A stretch of DNA of 64,000 nucleotides. Origin: Clostridiales bacterium. GTDB lineage: Bacteria > Bacillota > Clostridia > Christensenellales > UBA1242. The position numbers and the translations under genes are program-made. The notes under the pieces were generated by a model. It had not been told where the DNA came from and did no database searches. It saw nothing but the letters and a program-made list of their open reading frames with translations. This document shows positions 8,463 through 17,676 of the stretch, piece after piece. Numbering within the stretch: position 1 is the first letter of the stretch; each line of letters starts with the position of its first letter. The stretch lies in the NCBI GenBank assembly GCA_015055515.1, contig SVIC01000001.1, positions 20,114 to 84,113 of the forward strand, in the 5' to 3' direction.

Positions 8463-9308
8463 ATGAAATTCTCAAAAGATACTTTTAGGATCGCAGGAGC
8501 AGAATTCAAGACAAGAAATGTATTAATATCTCTTGCAGTCGCGTTTGGTTGCATGGCACTAGTTATAATCTTAGAAATGATTGGTGTGTTAACTAATTTG
8601 TATGGTGTTCTAATAGGTGTGGCGTTTGTTCTGGCATTGGTTTTTGCTAGAAAATATTGCGCGTATAGAGATCTAAATGATGAGTTACCTTATGATCTTA
8701 TACTTTGGATTTTTCCGCTTAGTATTATAGGTGCTAGGCTGTATTATTGCATATTTGAGGGCAGTTTTGATATGTTCTTTGATATTGCTAAGGGTGGCCT
8801 TGCTATATATGGTGGAATAATAGGCGGAGCCATAGGGTTGGTGCTTTGTTGTATTATTAAGAAGATTAATCCTATAAAGGCGATGGATGTAGTGGCGCCT
8901 GTATTAATACTTGGTCAGGCAATAGGTAGAATTGGTTGTTATTCTGCAGGTTGTTGCTATGGTGCTGATGTAATAAATAAGGGCATGCAGTGGTTCCCTA
9001 TAGCGTATCATGTGCACGGTGGTTGGCACTATGCTACATTCTTCTGGGAGTTCACTCTATGTGTTATAGGCTTCTTTGTCTTGGCATGGATATTGCGTAG
9101 GTTCAAAAACACAGGTCTTGTAACATTCTCTTATCTATTCTATTATGGTGTCGTGAGGTACTTTACCGAGAGTTTTAGAGATCAGAGTGCACAATTATTC
9201 ATTGGTGATCAGCCTGTAAGTCTATGGCTTAGTTTAATTTTGGTTGTTTTGGGCACAATAGGTATATTAACTATTGTTATAAAGGAAAGAATAAAAGACA
9301 AGAATTGA
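8463..9308 (+). CDS. lgt: Prolipoprotein diacylglyceryl transferase
   Basis: Multi-TM protein with Lgt-type motifs: GARLYY, GGLAIYGGIIGG and LGQAIGRIGCYSAGCCYG. I preferred the ATG at 8463, preceded by AGGGGA, over the TTG at 8445. Confidence 0.9.
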   Translation: MKFSKDTFRIAGAEFKTRNVLISLAVAFGCMALVIILEMIGVLTNLYGVLIGVAFVLALVFARKYCAYRDLNDELPYDLILWIFPLSIIGARLYYCIFEGSFDMFFDIAKGGLAIYGGIIGGAIGLVLCCIIKKINPIKAMDVVAPVLILGQAIGRIGCYSAGCCYGADVINKGMQWFPIAYHVHGGWHYATFFWEFTLCVIGFFVLAWILRRFKNTGLVTFSYLFYYGVVRYFTESFRDQSAQLFIGDQPVSLWLSLILVVLGTIGILTIVIKERIKDKN

Positions 9309-9703
9309 AAAAGACATTTTGGCAAGGAATAATCAATGTTCTAGCACTTTGTGTGTATTTGCTGTTTGTATTATTATATAGTGTATTAAGCGAGGGTGTA
9401 TATTTTAGACCAGTGGCGGTGATAGCATTCCTTGTTATGATAAGTATTATATTGTACAGCAAATATATTCTATATCACAGGCAGAATATGTTATATTTTC
9501 TATATCTATTCTTAAGTTATGCCTTGCTGGTATGTATCTATATCAATAATTTTGAAATTCTACTAATGAGAGATTTGGGATTGTTATTAATAATTCCTGC
9601 AGCGTTAGCCCTTGTATACTATCTTGTGTACCAAGAAATGTATCAGTTGTATTTCGGGATGACGACACTTATTGTGGGCGGATTGTTATTAATAATATTC
9701 TAG
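9305..9703 (+). CDS. Small polytopic membrane protein, unknown function
   Basis: 132 aa with 4-5 hydrophobic helices. The TTG start overlaps the lgt stop by 4 nt, suggesting coupling. No motif recognised. Confidence 0.55.
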   Translation: MKKTFWQGIINVLALCVYLLFVLLYSVLSEGVYFRPVAVIAFLVMISIILYSKYILYHRQNMLYFLYLFLSYALLVCIYINNFEILLMRDLGLLLIIPAALALVYYLVYQEMYQLYFGMTTLIVGGLLLIIF

Positions 9704-9712
9704 GGGGTAATA

Positions 9713-10528
9713 ATGGCAAAATTCAATATTGCAGGTAATGGCTATAATATATCCGAAGTGGATGAATATATAGACTCGCTTACGGTCAAATATGAGACAA
9801 AACTGGCTGAACAAAGGGACAAACTGCTGGCATTGAAGAATGAAAACGCAATGCTAGAGTCTACTCTTTCTGACCATAAAATAAGGGAAGAGGAGATGTC
9901 AAAGGCACTGGTATTTGCTGTGGAGAAATCTGAGCAAATAGAGAATGGGTCTAAGAAGGTATATGATCTGGAAGTAAGGCGTATGAGGCTAGTATATGCC
10001 AAGTGGAGAGACCTATTGGATATGCTGGGTGTTGATGAGGCTAGAGATAGTAAGATGGCATATTTCATACAAGAATTTAATGAAGATATAGATAAGATAT
10101 TGAAGCAAACTCAAGAATTTGAAAGTAGACATGTGGAAGATGAGACAGTACGGGATAACTTAAAAGAAAATAGCAGTAATTATATCAAGAATTTGCTAAA
10201 TAGAATGGATTATATTGTAGAAAGTGCTAATACCGAGAAGACAAAACAAAGAAACAAGAAAAATACTGAAGCGGAAGAAAAAAATATTGAAGATAATACC
10301 GCAAAAGAGAATGCAAGGTTATTGAATATCAATAGAAGATTTAACAATATTTATAGCAGGCTAGGAGTTGCCACGGCTAGTGAGATACTAGATGGCAATA
10401 TATCCGATGACAATGCTTATTATAGGAATATAACAGGGGCTAGTGAGGAAGACAAATTTGATCTAGATGCTATTCTTACACCAAAGGAAGATTTGGCAGA
10501 GATAATGAAGGCGTTCGATGATCTATAA
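9713..10528 (+). CDS. DivIVA-domain protein
   Basis: N-terminal FNIAGNGYNISEVDEYIDSL matches the DivIVA/GpsB signature (F....GY...EVD.F.). It is followed by a coiled coil. A GGGGG RBS precedes the gene. Confidence 0.8.
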   Translation: MAKFNIAGNGYNISEVDEYIDSLTVKYETKLAEQRDKLLALKNENAMLESTLSDHKIREEEMSKALVFAVEKSEQIENGSKKVYDLEVRRMRLVYAKWRDLLDMLGVDEARDSKMAYFIQEFNEDIDKILKQTQEFESRHVEDETVRDNLKENSSNYIKNLLNRMDYIVESANTEKTKQRNKKNTEAEEKNIEDNTAKENARLLNINRRFNNIYSRLGVATASEILDGNISDDNAYYRNITGASEEDKFDLDAILTPKEDLAEIMKAFDDL

Positions 10529-10671
10529 AAGGTGTAATAAGACACAAATATATTATATTTGTAGGTATAATTTCGTAAAAACACTTTACAAAAGTAAAAC
10601 ACTATGATATTATATAGTTACTATTGAGATTGAAGAAAGGTCGAAAGCCTTTTTTTTGTTGCAGAATTGTA

Positions 10672-10701
10672 TTGACAACTATGCATGTAATATGGTAAAA
10701 T
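10672..10701 (+). promoter_or_regulatory. Candidate promoter for rpmG-secE-nusG (TTGACA-18 nt-TGgTAAAAT)
   Basis: TTGACA lies at 10672-10677 and an extended -10 TGgTAAAAT at 10693-10701. A weak hairpin with a T8-run at 10636-10657 upstream may terminate the divIVA-domain gene. Confidence 0.45.
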
Positions 10702-10741
10702 TTCAATCGGTAAAATTTGTAATCTTTAAGGAGAAAAAGGC

Positions 10742-10891
10742 ATGAGAGAAAATATTACATTAGAGTGTACAGAGTGCAAAAGAAGAAATTACTCTTCTCA
10801 GAAGAACAAGAAGAACGATCCAGAGAGATTGACTGTTAACAAGTATTGCAGTTTCTGTAAGAAACATACTGCTCACAAAGAGACTAAGTAA
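10742..10891 (+). CDS. rpmG: 50S ribosomal protein L33 (not in the ORF track; 49 aa)
   Basis: My own translation gives [49 protein letters not shown]. It has the CxxC...CxxC zinc ribbon, a GGAGAAAAAGG RBS, and the canonical position upstream of secE-nusG. Confidence 0.93.
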   Translation: MRENITLECTECKRRNYSSQKNKKNDPERLTVNKYCSFCKKHTAHKETK

Positions 10892-10910
10892 TTGTATAAG
10901 GGAGTCTATA

Positions 10911-11210
10911 ATGGCAAAAAAAGTGGAAAATGATGTTGTAATCGAGAATAACGATAAGAACACTAAATCAAGCAAGAACAAGGATGTAAAGGCACAGAAG
11001 AAGGCAAAGAAGGATAAGAAAGAGAAGAAAAGCGTAACTAAGAAGTCTAAAGAGATGCTTAGTGAGTTAAAGAAAGTATCTTGGCCATCTTTTGGCAAAG
11101 TAGTAAAGACTACTGGTGTAGTACTACTTGTAGTCACTATTTGCACACTTATTCTATTTGGAGCAGACAGATTGTTTTCTTGGTTAATATTTGATTTGTT
11201 ACTAGGCTAA
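10911..11210 (+). CDS. secE: Preprotein translocase subunit SecE with Lys-rich N-terminal extension
   Basis: The C-terminal ELKKVSWPSFGKVVKTTGVVLLVVTICTLILFGADRLFSW is the SecE TM motif. It sits in the conserved rpmG-secE-nusG context. Confidence 0.9.
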   Translation: MAKKVENDVVIENNDKNTKSSKNKDVKAQKKAKKDKKEKKSVTKKSKEMLSELKKVSWPSFGKVVKTTGVVLLVVTICTLILFGADRLFSWLIFDLLLG

Positions 11211-11242
11211 GAATAGAAGTAAATCTAAAATGAGGAGTCGTA

Positions 11243-11908
11243 ATGGAAGAGAAGAATATTGACACAGAGGTTAAGGTAGATTCATTAGAAGCATCTGATG
11301 TGACTGAAGTCAAGGAAGTGGCAGAAGAAGTTAAGCCCGTATTGACACCAGAACAAGAAGAGATGGCTAGGAAGATAGAAGAAGCCAAGAAGGATGCGAA
11401 ATGGTATGCTCTACATACATTCTCTGGCTATGAGAATGTAGCGAAAGAGAACTTGGAGATAGTAATAGATAAGTACGATTTACAACTAAGAATATTCGAC
11501 ATTGTAATCCCTATGGAAGATGTTGTAGAGGAGAAGAATGGCAAGAGAAAAGTTGTAACTAGGAAGTTAATGCCAGGATATATCTTTGTCAAGATTAATT
11601 ATGGTGATGATATATGGCACGCTATTACTCGTACAAGAGGTATAACAGGCTTCGTAGGACCTAAGGGTAGACCTTTGCATTTGGATGATGAAGAGATTAG
11701 AAAGATGCATTTAGAGAAGGTTGTAGTAGTGAATACTAACCTAGTTGTAGGTAGCAAGGTAGAGATACTTGAGGGTGCATTGAGTGGATTTGTAGGTACT
11801 GTAACTGCTATTGATGAGAGCAATAACAAGTGCCGTGTAGTCGTAGAGATGTTCGGTAGAGAGACACCAGTAGATGTATCTTTGGATCAAGTAAAAGAGC
11901 TTAATTAA
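11243..11908 (+). CDS. nusG: Transcription termination/antitermination factor NusG with acidic N-terminal extension
   Basis: The NGN domain starts at WYALHTFSGYENVAKENLE. The KOW motif is VGSKVEILEGALSGFVGTVTAID...VVVEMFGRETPV. Confidence 0.95.
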   Translation: MEEKNIDTEVKVDSLEASDVTEVKEVAEEVKPVLTPEQEEMARKIEEAKKDAKWYALHTFSGYENVAKENLEIVIDKYDLQLRIFDIVIPMEDVVEEKNGKRKVVTRKLMPGYIFVKINYGDDIWHAITRTRGITGFVGPKGRPLHLDDEEIRKMHLEKVVVVNTNLVVGSKVEILEGALSGFVGTVTAIDESNNKCRVVVEMFGRETPVDVSLDQVKELN

Positions 11909-12027
11909 TTATTTTATCCCAATATATCTATAGATTTCTGATATTGGGTGACAGAAAGAAATCTAACAATATGATTGTTCTCGATCTAATTGGGTCGTGT
12001 GCAATATAATTTGCTAACAAAGCAAAT

Positions 12028-12074
12028 AAGTGGGAGAAATGTAAATCTATATAATGCATTTTGTTTATACCACA
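12028..12074 (+). promoter_or_regulatory. L1-binding-type mRNA leader element, copy 1 (upstream of rplK)
   Basis: Sequence aagtGGGAGaa...ataCCACa. GUGG and CCAC can close a helix around a GGGAG-containing loop, as in the known L1 autoregulatory mimic of the 23S L1 stalk. A near-copy lies upstream of rplA. Confidence 0.45.
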
Positions 12075-12104
12075 TATGCCAATATAATGGCAGGAGGAAA
12101 AGCT

Positions 12105-12533
12105 ATGGCAGAGAAGAAAGTTAATGCAGTAGTAAAATTACAATTACCAGCAGGTAAGGCAACAGCAGGTCCACCAGTAGGTTCATCACTAGGTCCTCAC
12201 GGAATTAACATTCCAGCATTCACTAAGGATTTCAATGAGAGAACTGCAGGACAAGAAGGATTAATTATTCCAGTTGTTATTACTATCTATGCTGATAGAA
12301 GCTTCGACTTCGTTCTTAAGACTCCACCTGTGGCTGTTCTAGTAAAGAAGGCACTAGGTATAGAGAGTGGTTCTGCTAACCCAAGAAAGAACAAAGTAGC
12401 AACTATCACTAAGGCACAAGTAATGGAAATTGCTAAGACAAAGATGCCAGACCTAAATGCTAGCTCTATTGAGAGTGCAATGAGCATGGTAGAAGGTACT
12501 TGCAAGAGCATGGGCATAACTGTAACAGAATAA
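12105..12533 (+). CDS. rplK: 50S ribosomal protein L11
   Basis: Motifs: [27 protein letters not shown] and [13 protein letters not shown] used the ATG at 12105, preceded by GGAGGA; the track ORF starts earlier at 12054. Confidence 0.97.
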   Translation: MAEKKVNAVVKLQLPAGKATAGPPVGSSLGPHGINIPAFTKDFNERTAGQEGLIIPVVITIYADRSFDFVLKTPPVAVLVKKALGIESGSANPRKNKVATITKAQVMEIAKTKMPDLNASSIESAMSMVEGTCKSMGITVTE

Positions 12534-12546
12534 GATTACAAAAATG

Positions 12547-12595
12547 AAGTGGGAGAATAAAAAATCTATATTACAATTTTATTCGATATACCACA
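12547..12595 (+). promoter_or_regulatory. L1-binding-type mRNA leader element, copy 2 (between rplK and rplA)
   Basis: Sequence aagtgggagaataaaaaatctatattacaattttattcgatataccaca. It aligns along its length with 12028-12074, sharing aagtgggagaa, aaatctatat and ataccaca. Confidence 0.45.
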
Positions 12596-12611
12596 AAAGG
12601 AACAAAGAATT

Positions 12612-13292
12612 ATGAAAAGAGGTAAGAAATATTTAGAAAGTGCTAATCTAGTAGACAAGACTGCTACATATGATGTAGACACTGCTCTAGATCTAGTAGA
12701 GAAGACTGCTAAGGCAAAGTTTGATGAAACTGTAGAATTGCACATCAAGTTGGGCGTAGATGGTAGAAATGCTGACCAACAAGTTAGAGGCGTAGTTGTG
12801 CTACCTAATGGTACTGGTAAGACTATTAGAGTTCTTGCTATTGCTAAGGGCGATAATGCTGATATCGCAGCTAAGGCTGGTGCTGACTATGTAGGTGCAG
12901 ATGATATGGTTGCTAAGATTCAAGGTGGTTGGGTTGATTTTGACGCTTGCGTTACAACTCCAGACATGATGCCAGCTCTAGGTAGAGTGGCTAAGATATT
13001 AGGACCAAAGGGCTTGATGCCTAATCCTAAGAGTGGTACTGTTACTACTGATATTAAGAAGGCTATTGATGATATCAAGGCTGGTAAGGTAGAATACAGA
13101 CTAGACAAGAACAACATTGTTCACGTAAGAATTGGTAAGGTTTCTTTTGGTAAAGAGAAATTAAGAGAGAACTTCGGTACTCTTATGGATGCAATTGTTA
13201 AGGCAAAGCCAGCAGCTGCTAAGGGTACTTATATTAAGAGCGTAGTTGCTTCTAGCACAATGGGTCCTGGAATCAGAGTAGATTACAAATAA
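12612..13292 (+). CDS. rplA: 50S ribosomal protein L1
   Basis: 226 aa with typical L1 motifs: [31 protein letters not shown]. Confidence 0.97.
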   Translation: MKRGKKYLESANLVDKTATYDVDTALDLVEKTAKAKFDETVELHIKLGVDGRNADQQVRGVVVLPNGTGKTIRVLAIAKGDNADIAAKAGADYVGADDMVAKIQGGWVDFDACVTTPDMMPALGRVAKILGPKGLMPNPKSGTVTTDIKKAIDDIKAGKVEYRLDKNNIVHVRIGKVSFGKEKLRENFGTLMDAIVKAKPAAAKGTYIKSVVASSTMGPGIRVDYK

Positions 13293-13300
13293 GGATAATA

Positions 13301-13337
13301 AATAACTGACTATATTGTATAGTCAGTTATTTTTTTT
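13301..13337 (+). terminator. Rho-independent terminator after rplA
   Basis: Stem aataactgacta / tagtcagttatt followed by T8. Confidence 0.8.
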
Positions 13338-13442
13338 GTATACTTATAAAAGATTGCAATTTTTCAAATACTATAAATGTAGTATGAAATATTCGATGTT
13401 TCTGATAAAATGTAAGTAATAATATATTATTTGGTGAGAAGT

Positions 13443-15869
13443 ATGAGAAGTAGAAGATTTGTGGTAGCAGGGATAATAGCAGTAGTGCTACTAATAATGT
13501 GTAGTATGGTTTTTTCACACACTATAGTTTGGGCAGAAGATGAGCCTATTGAGACTGTTGATCTTAATATCATTTGGCAAACTAATGGCCAAGAATTGAC
13601 CGATAATGGCAATGGAATATATACATACACTACAACTTATTCGGGAGATGATATAGCGGATAAGTTTGTTGCATATTATTATACTGATGATATTAATAAT
13701 AAGACTGAGATTGGGGCAGAGCATTATCTTATACAATCGAATTCTACTAATGTAGATGAGATTAAGAATGTGGGCGAATATGATATCAGCGTAACAAATG
13801 ATTATCTGACACAACTTAATTCAGCTGGTCAATATAATATTATGGCTACAAAGGTGAATGTGACTATAACTGTACAAGGATATAATGTAGAATGGAATAT
13901 AGATCCAAGGTTAAATGAGATCTCAAGTAATAACTATACAATAGAGTATACAACAGAGGATTTCATTCAATTAATTACAGCACATAATAGTGATATGATA
14001 GATGTTGTTATAACAAAAGATGGCTCTACTGTTAATCAAATAGTGGACTGCGGTACATACGTATTTACAGCATCTACTGATGATACTAATTATACATTAT
14101 TAAATAACCAAGTAACATTGGTTGTGACGAATGCTGTTAAGTCAATAGTATGGGAAGTAGATGGTGTGGTATGCAGTGAGAGTGTTATAGATATAGAATA
14201 CAAACCATCATTAAGGAATGGCTTTGTTGGAGCATATTATGTGATTAATGGTACAAGAGTAGACTTAGAACTTATTGTATCTAAGAATACGCAGGACACC
14301 GCATTTGTAGGAGAATATATAGCTCAAATAAAGACAGATAATATTGATCCAAATGTATCTATTGATGCAACAGAGACAAAAACAATCAATATTTTGCCAA
14401 AAAATATATATGTAGTGTCAAGAAATTATCAAATTGATTATAATGCCAAGTTGCCAACTTTGGCTTGTGATATATATACAAGTTATGATATAGGCAATAA
14501 ATCTGGAAATATTCTTGATAATTGGGACGAGGTTCTATATTTCGATATGGCCTACGAACTAGGCAAGACTGAGATAGAAGAGCAAAGAAGAAATTGGGTA
14601 TATGATGGAGCAAATATATCCAAGACTTATAACATTATTGTAAGAGATAAGGCGGGTCAAGATTACTCGAATTATAATATTACTTATGTAGGCGGGGTCT
14701 TAGATATAGTACTGGAAGAAATTGAGGTAATTTTTAGATTAGATAATAAGACTACTGGACAAGTGACAAAGACATATATTCAGACTCAGAAAATAGATAT
14801 GGCTGATATAGACATTGCAACAACTGCAATAAACGCACTTGCCACAAGAGAGATAAGTGCTGATTGGTATAACGGAGATAGTGTGGCTGATTTCGATAAA
14901 AGACTGACCACAGATACGATCTTTAGCAAATACACGATATATTATATTTATTATCTTAATGTAGAGAATAAGCCTAGTAGTATTACTAATGAGTATGTGA
15001 TGGCAAAGGTTGCTTACCATGCAAAGAATTCTAAGATATTTCCATTAGAAAGTCATTATGCAATGGAGAATGATGCGCATAAGGATGTGTTACATAGATT
15101 CGATCATGTTCATGATGGTTGGACATATAATAATCCTAATATAGTGATTGGTCAAAAGAGTACAAGTGCGTACAATGATGATATAGTGCTGTGTCCACAT
15201 TTCTCGCCTATAAAGCATAAGATAAAGTTTGTAAGATATACAATATATGCTGATGCTAATATGGATCCTCAGGAAGTGGAAACCTCTGCTGTGACTTTTA
15301 CAATTACAGAGTATGATAATAATATCAAATACACATTGCCATCCAACGAGATTGAGGGATTGACCTTCTTAGGATTCTATTATGTTACATATGTCAAAGA
15401 TGAAGATGGCAATATTATATCAGAGAGGCATAATGCGCTAGAGCAAGAGACTTTTGCTCTAAGAGATCTGTTTGTTAGGTCTGCGATAGATGATATCAAA
15501 ATACTTGCTAAGTATGAAGAATACAAGTGCAACGTAACATTGGTTGTTGGCGACAAGACTGTTACATCAGTGTCCCAAGATATAGGATCTAATATAGATA
15601 AGGATTATTATTATAATCTAATCGATAAGAAATTTGGATATATCTATATAATGAGCGATGTGCCTGATACTGCGTATGGTACAGTACTAGTTATACGTGT
15701 GACAGAGTTGCCATTGTTATGGATTGTGCTAGGAGCAGGCGCAGTAATAAGTGTGGCAATATGGTTAATATCCTCCGCTATTAGAAAAAGAAAATCTGAT
15801 ATTGATAAGTACAAGCTAGATGTAATCTTGCATAATATGGTAGATAATAATGATGTAGATGAGAGCTAG
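13443..15869 (+). CDS. Secreted, C-terminally membrane-anchored surface protein with MBG-like repeats
   Basis: N-terminal signal-like MRSRRFVVAGIIAVVLLIMCSMVF. Several segments end in the MBG-type pattern (G.Y......NY.I.Y.GG.L.I), e.g. SNYNITYVGGVLDIV. A C-terminal TM helix LLWIVLGAGAVISVAIWLISSAI is followed by RKRK. The start is either ATG 13443 or TTG 13431. Confidence 0.72.
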   Translation: MRSRRFVVAGIIAVVLLIMCSMVFSHTIVWAEDEPIETVDLNIIWQTNGQELTDNGNGIYTYTTTYSGDDIADKFVAYYYTDDINNKTEIGAEHYLIQSNSTNVDEIKNVGEYDISVTNDYLTQLNSAGQYNIMATKVNVTITVQGYNVEWNIDPRLNEISSNNYTIEYTTEDFIQLITAHNSDMIDVVITKDGSTVNQIVDCGTYVFTASTDDTNYTLLNNQVTLVVTNAVKSIVWEVDGVVCSESVIDIEYKPSLRNGFVGAYYVINGTRVDLELIVSKNTQDTAFVGEYIAQIKTDNIDPNVSIDATETKTINILPKNIYVVSRNYQIDYNAKLPTLACDIYTSYDIGNKSGNILDNWDEVLYFDMAYELGKTEIEEQRRNWVYDGANISKTYNIIVRDKAGQDYSNYNITYVGGVLDIVLEEIEVIFRLDNKTTGQVTKTYIQTQKIDMADIDIATTAINALATREISADWYNGDSVADFDKRLTTDTIFSKYTIYYIYYLNVENKPSSITNEYVMAKVAYHAKNSKIFPLESHYAMENDAHKDVLHRFDHVHDGWTYNNPNIVIGQKSTSAYNDDIVLCPHFSPIKHKIKFVRYTIYADANMDPQEVETSAVTFTITEYDNNIKYTLPSNEIEGLTFLGFYYVTYVKDEDGNIISERHNALEQETFALRDLFVRSAIDDIKILAKYEEYKCNVTLVVGDKTVTSVSQDIGSNIDKDYYYNLIDKKFGYIYIMSDVPDTAYGTVLVIRVTELPLLWIVLGAGAVISVAIWLISSAIRKRKSDIDKYKLDVILHNMVDNNDVDES

Positions 15870-15896
15870 AGATAGTAACAAATATTAATGCATTAG

Positions 15897-15938
15897 AAAA
15901 AATAACCTATTAGAATGTTATCTAATAGGTTATTTTTG
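15897..15938. terminator. Bidirectional terminator between convergent surface-protein genes
   Basis: Stem aataacctattaga / tctaataggttatt, with an A-run to the left and a T-run to the right. Confidence 0.72.
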
Positions 15939-15954
15939 TATTTCTATATAAAAG

Positions 15955-17010
15955 TTACGCTGGGGTTATTGTGATTAATATTTTGGTGTTTTCTTCCCAT
16001 AGATCTCTATCAAAGTAATTTGCGACTAAACCGAAATCGATATATAGTTCATTGAAGCCATCATCTAGAATTATTATAGTTGCATAGTCTCCTGTATATA
16101 TTTCGGTTTCAAAATTTGTACCATTAAAGTAAGCACTATTTGATAATTTTGTTCCGCTAGGCATTTCAACTTCTATGGTATAAATTGCAGGGGATCCTGA
16201 TACAAAAAATTCTAATCCCAATTTGTTATCATCTGTACTGTAATAATTAGATGTGAAACCTTTTACAAAAAACTTACTTGCATTTGTAGATGATGAGTAT
16301 GATGTGTCATCTGGTAAATCAATTGTGCTATCTATGTTAGATTCGTTTATTATTCCTATAATCGATTCGCCTGTGGCGTCTCCCCAAGAAAATACATTAG
16401 GATCGGGGATATCATAGCCTATTTCTAATTGAATATTTAACGATAAAGAATCTATGCTAGTAGTGGAGTCTGTAACATTTATTACAGTATATATTGTAGT
16501 ATTGTTTCCGCCTATGCCGATGTTCTCATAATGTATATTTGTCTCTACTGCGGAATCAATATCGTTTCCCATATTCACAGTAATGTTATCTGTAGCAGAT
16601 AATCCTGTTATAGTGTTCTTTACTTTTAATTCTCTAGGATTGTTGGAATCTGCTGTATTGGATATATTAAATGAATATATTGCCTTGCTGGTAGATGTTA
16701 ATTCTACGTGATTGAATGTTATTGTACCAGTAATTGTATTTTGCTTAGGGGTGATGTTGTATATTAATTCAGTTGCATCGGTGTTATTTTCATCGCTAAG
16801 ATATATTGTCTCAGAATTATCATCGGATAACTGGTGAGAGCCTGAGGCTGTAATAACGCAACTTACATTTTCTGCGACATAGCCCACTGTGACCTGGCTC
16901 TTGGCGGTAGTAGATGTTGCAACCAATACCAAACCAACTGCTAGTCCCGACATGACTAGACAGAGGCAAACAACTATTGATATTAGAAGTACTTTGCTTT
17001 TAGTGCTCAT
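15955..17010 (-). CDS. N-terminally anchored extracytoplasmic protein, unknown function
   Basis: 351 aa with an AAGGAG RBS. Signal/anchor sequence KVLLISIVVCLCLVMSGLAVGLVLVA. The remainder is N/T/S/D/I-rich and looks beta-rich. Confidence 0.7.
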   Translation of the reverse strand: MSTKSKVLLISIVVCLCLVMSGLAVGLVLVATSTTAKSQVTVGYVAENVSCVITASGSHQLSDDNSETIYLSDENNTDATELIYNITPKQNTITGTITFNHVELTSTSKAIYSFNISNTADSNNPRELKVKNTITGLSATDNITVNMGNDIDSAVETNIHYENIGIGGNNTTIYTVINVTDSTTSIDSLSLNIQLEIGYDIPDPNVFSWGDATGESIIGIINESNIDSTIDLPDDTSYSSSTNASKFFVKGFTSNYYSTDDNKLGLEFFVSGSPAIYTIEVEMPSGTKLSNSAYFNGTNFETEIYTGDYATIIILDDGFNELYIDFGLVANYFDRDLWEENTKILITITPA

Positions 17011-17398
17011 ATATCTCCTTACTTTAATTATATTATCGGAAGTTGGAGGAAAGCAGGCGTTAGCCTATTTTCATACAACTGATGTTTATTCAATCTATGT
17101 GTGTACTGTTGTAAAACAGTACGAGAATACGATAGTATTCATTGTTCGAAAGAACAATAACACATATATTATAACCAGATTGTACAAGTATTATTGATAT
17201 CAAATTTGCTATGTATACAATTGTATTTATTTCAATACAGCATGGATATATTTTCAAAAATTTGTATAATACTTTCTATTGTGCACAATGTGGTCAATAT
17301 ACACACCATAATTATATATTTGTAATAATATAAAGTCAAATAAATAGAGTTTAATAAGTATTTTTATTAAATTTAGAGGACAGCCTAAAATCTGAAAT

Positions 17399-17431
17399 AA
17401 AAAGCGAGCAAAAAATAAATTTTGCTCGCTT
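17399..17431 (-). terminator. Rho-independent terminator of the 20849-17437 operon
   Basis: On the minus strand, stem agcgagcaaaa / ttttgctcgct is followed by TTTTT. Confidence 0.65.
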
Positions 17432-17436
17432 AAATA

Positions 17437-17676
17437 TTAATCCATTTTGATTAGTTTTTTGATTTCTTTTAAGTTCTCTAATGTAAAATCATCGGAATTA
17501 AGTTCGTTGTATGCATCGACAAAAGCCTTTTTTACATTGTCAGAATAATCTTTCTTAGATGCGACATCTTTCATAATTTCGGATAATCTTAATACTTCTT
17601 CCTTAGTTGTAAAATCAAGTTCTGCAATAGTTCTCTCAATGATGTCGAACTTAAATACGTTAGTGTTTTTTGCCAT
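17437..17676 (-). CDS. Hypothetical small acidic protein (79 aa)
   Basis: The ATG at 17676 is preceded by GGAGGA; the track start at 17691 would include that RBS. It overlaps the upstream gene by 17 nt. No motif recognised. Confidence 0.55.
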   Translation of the reverse strand: MAKNTNVFKFDIIERTIAELDFTTKEEVLRLSEIMKDVASKKDYSDNVKKAFVDAYNELNSDDFTLENLKEIKKLIKMD

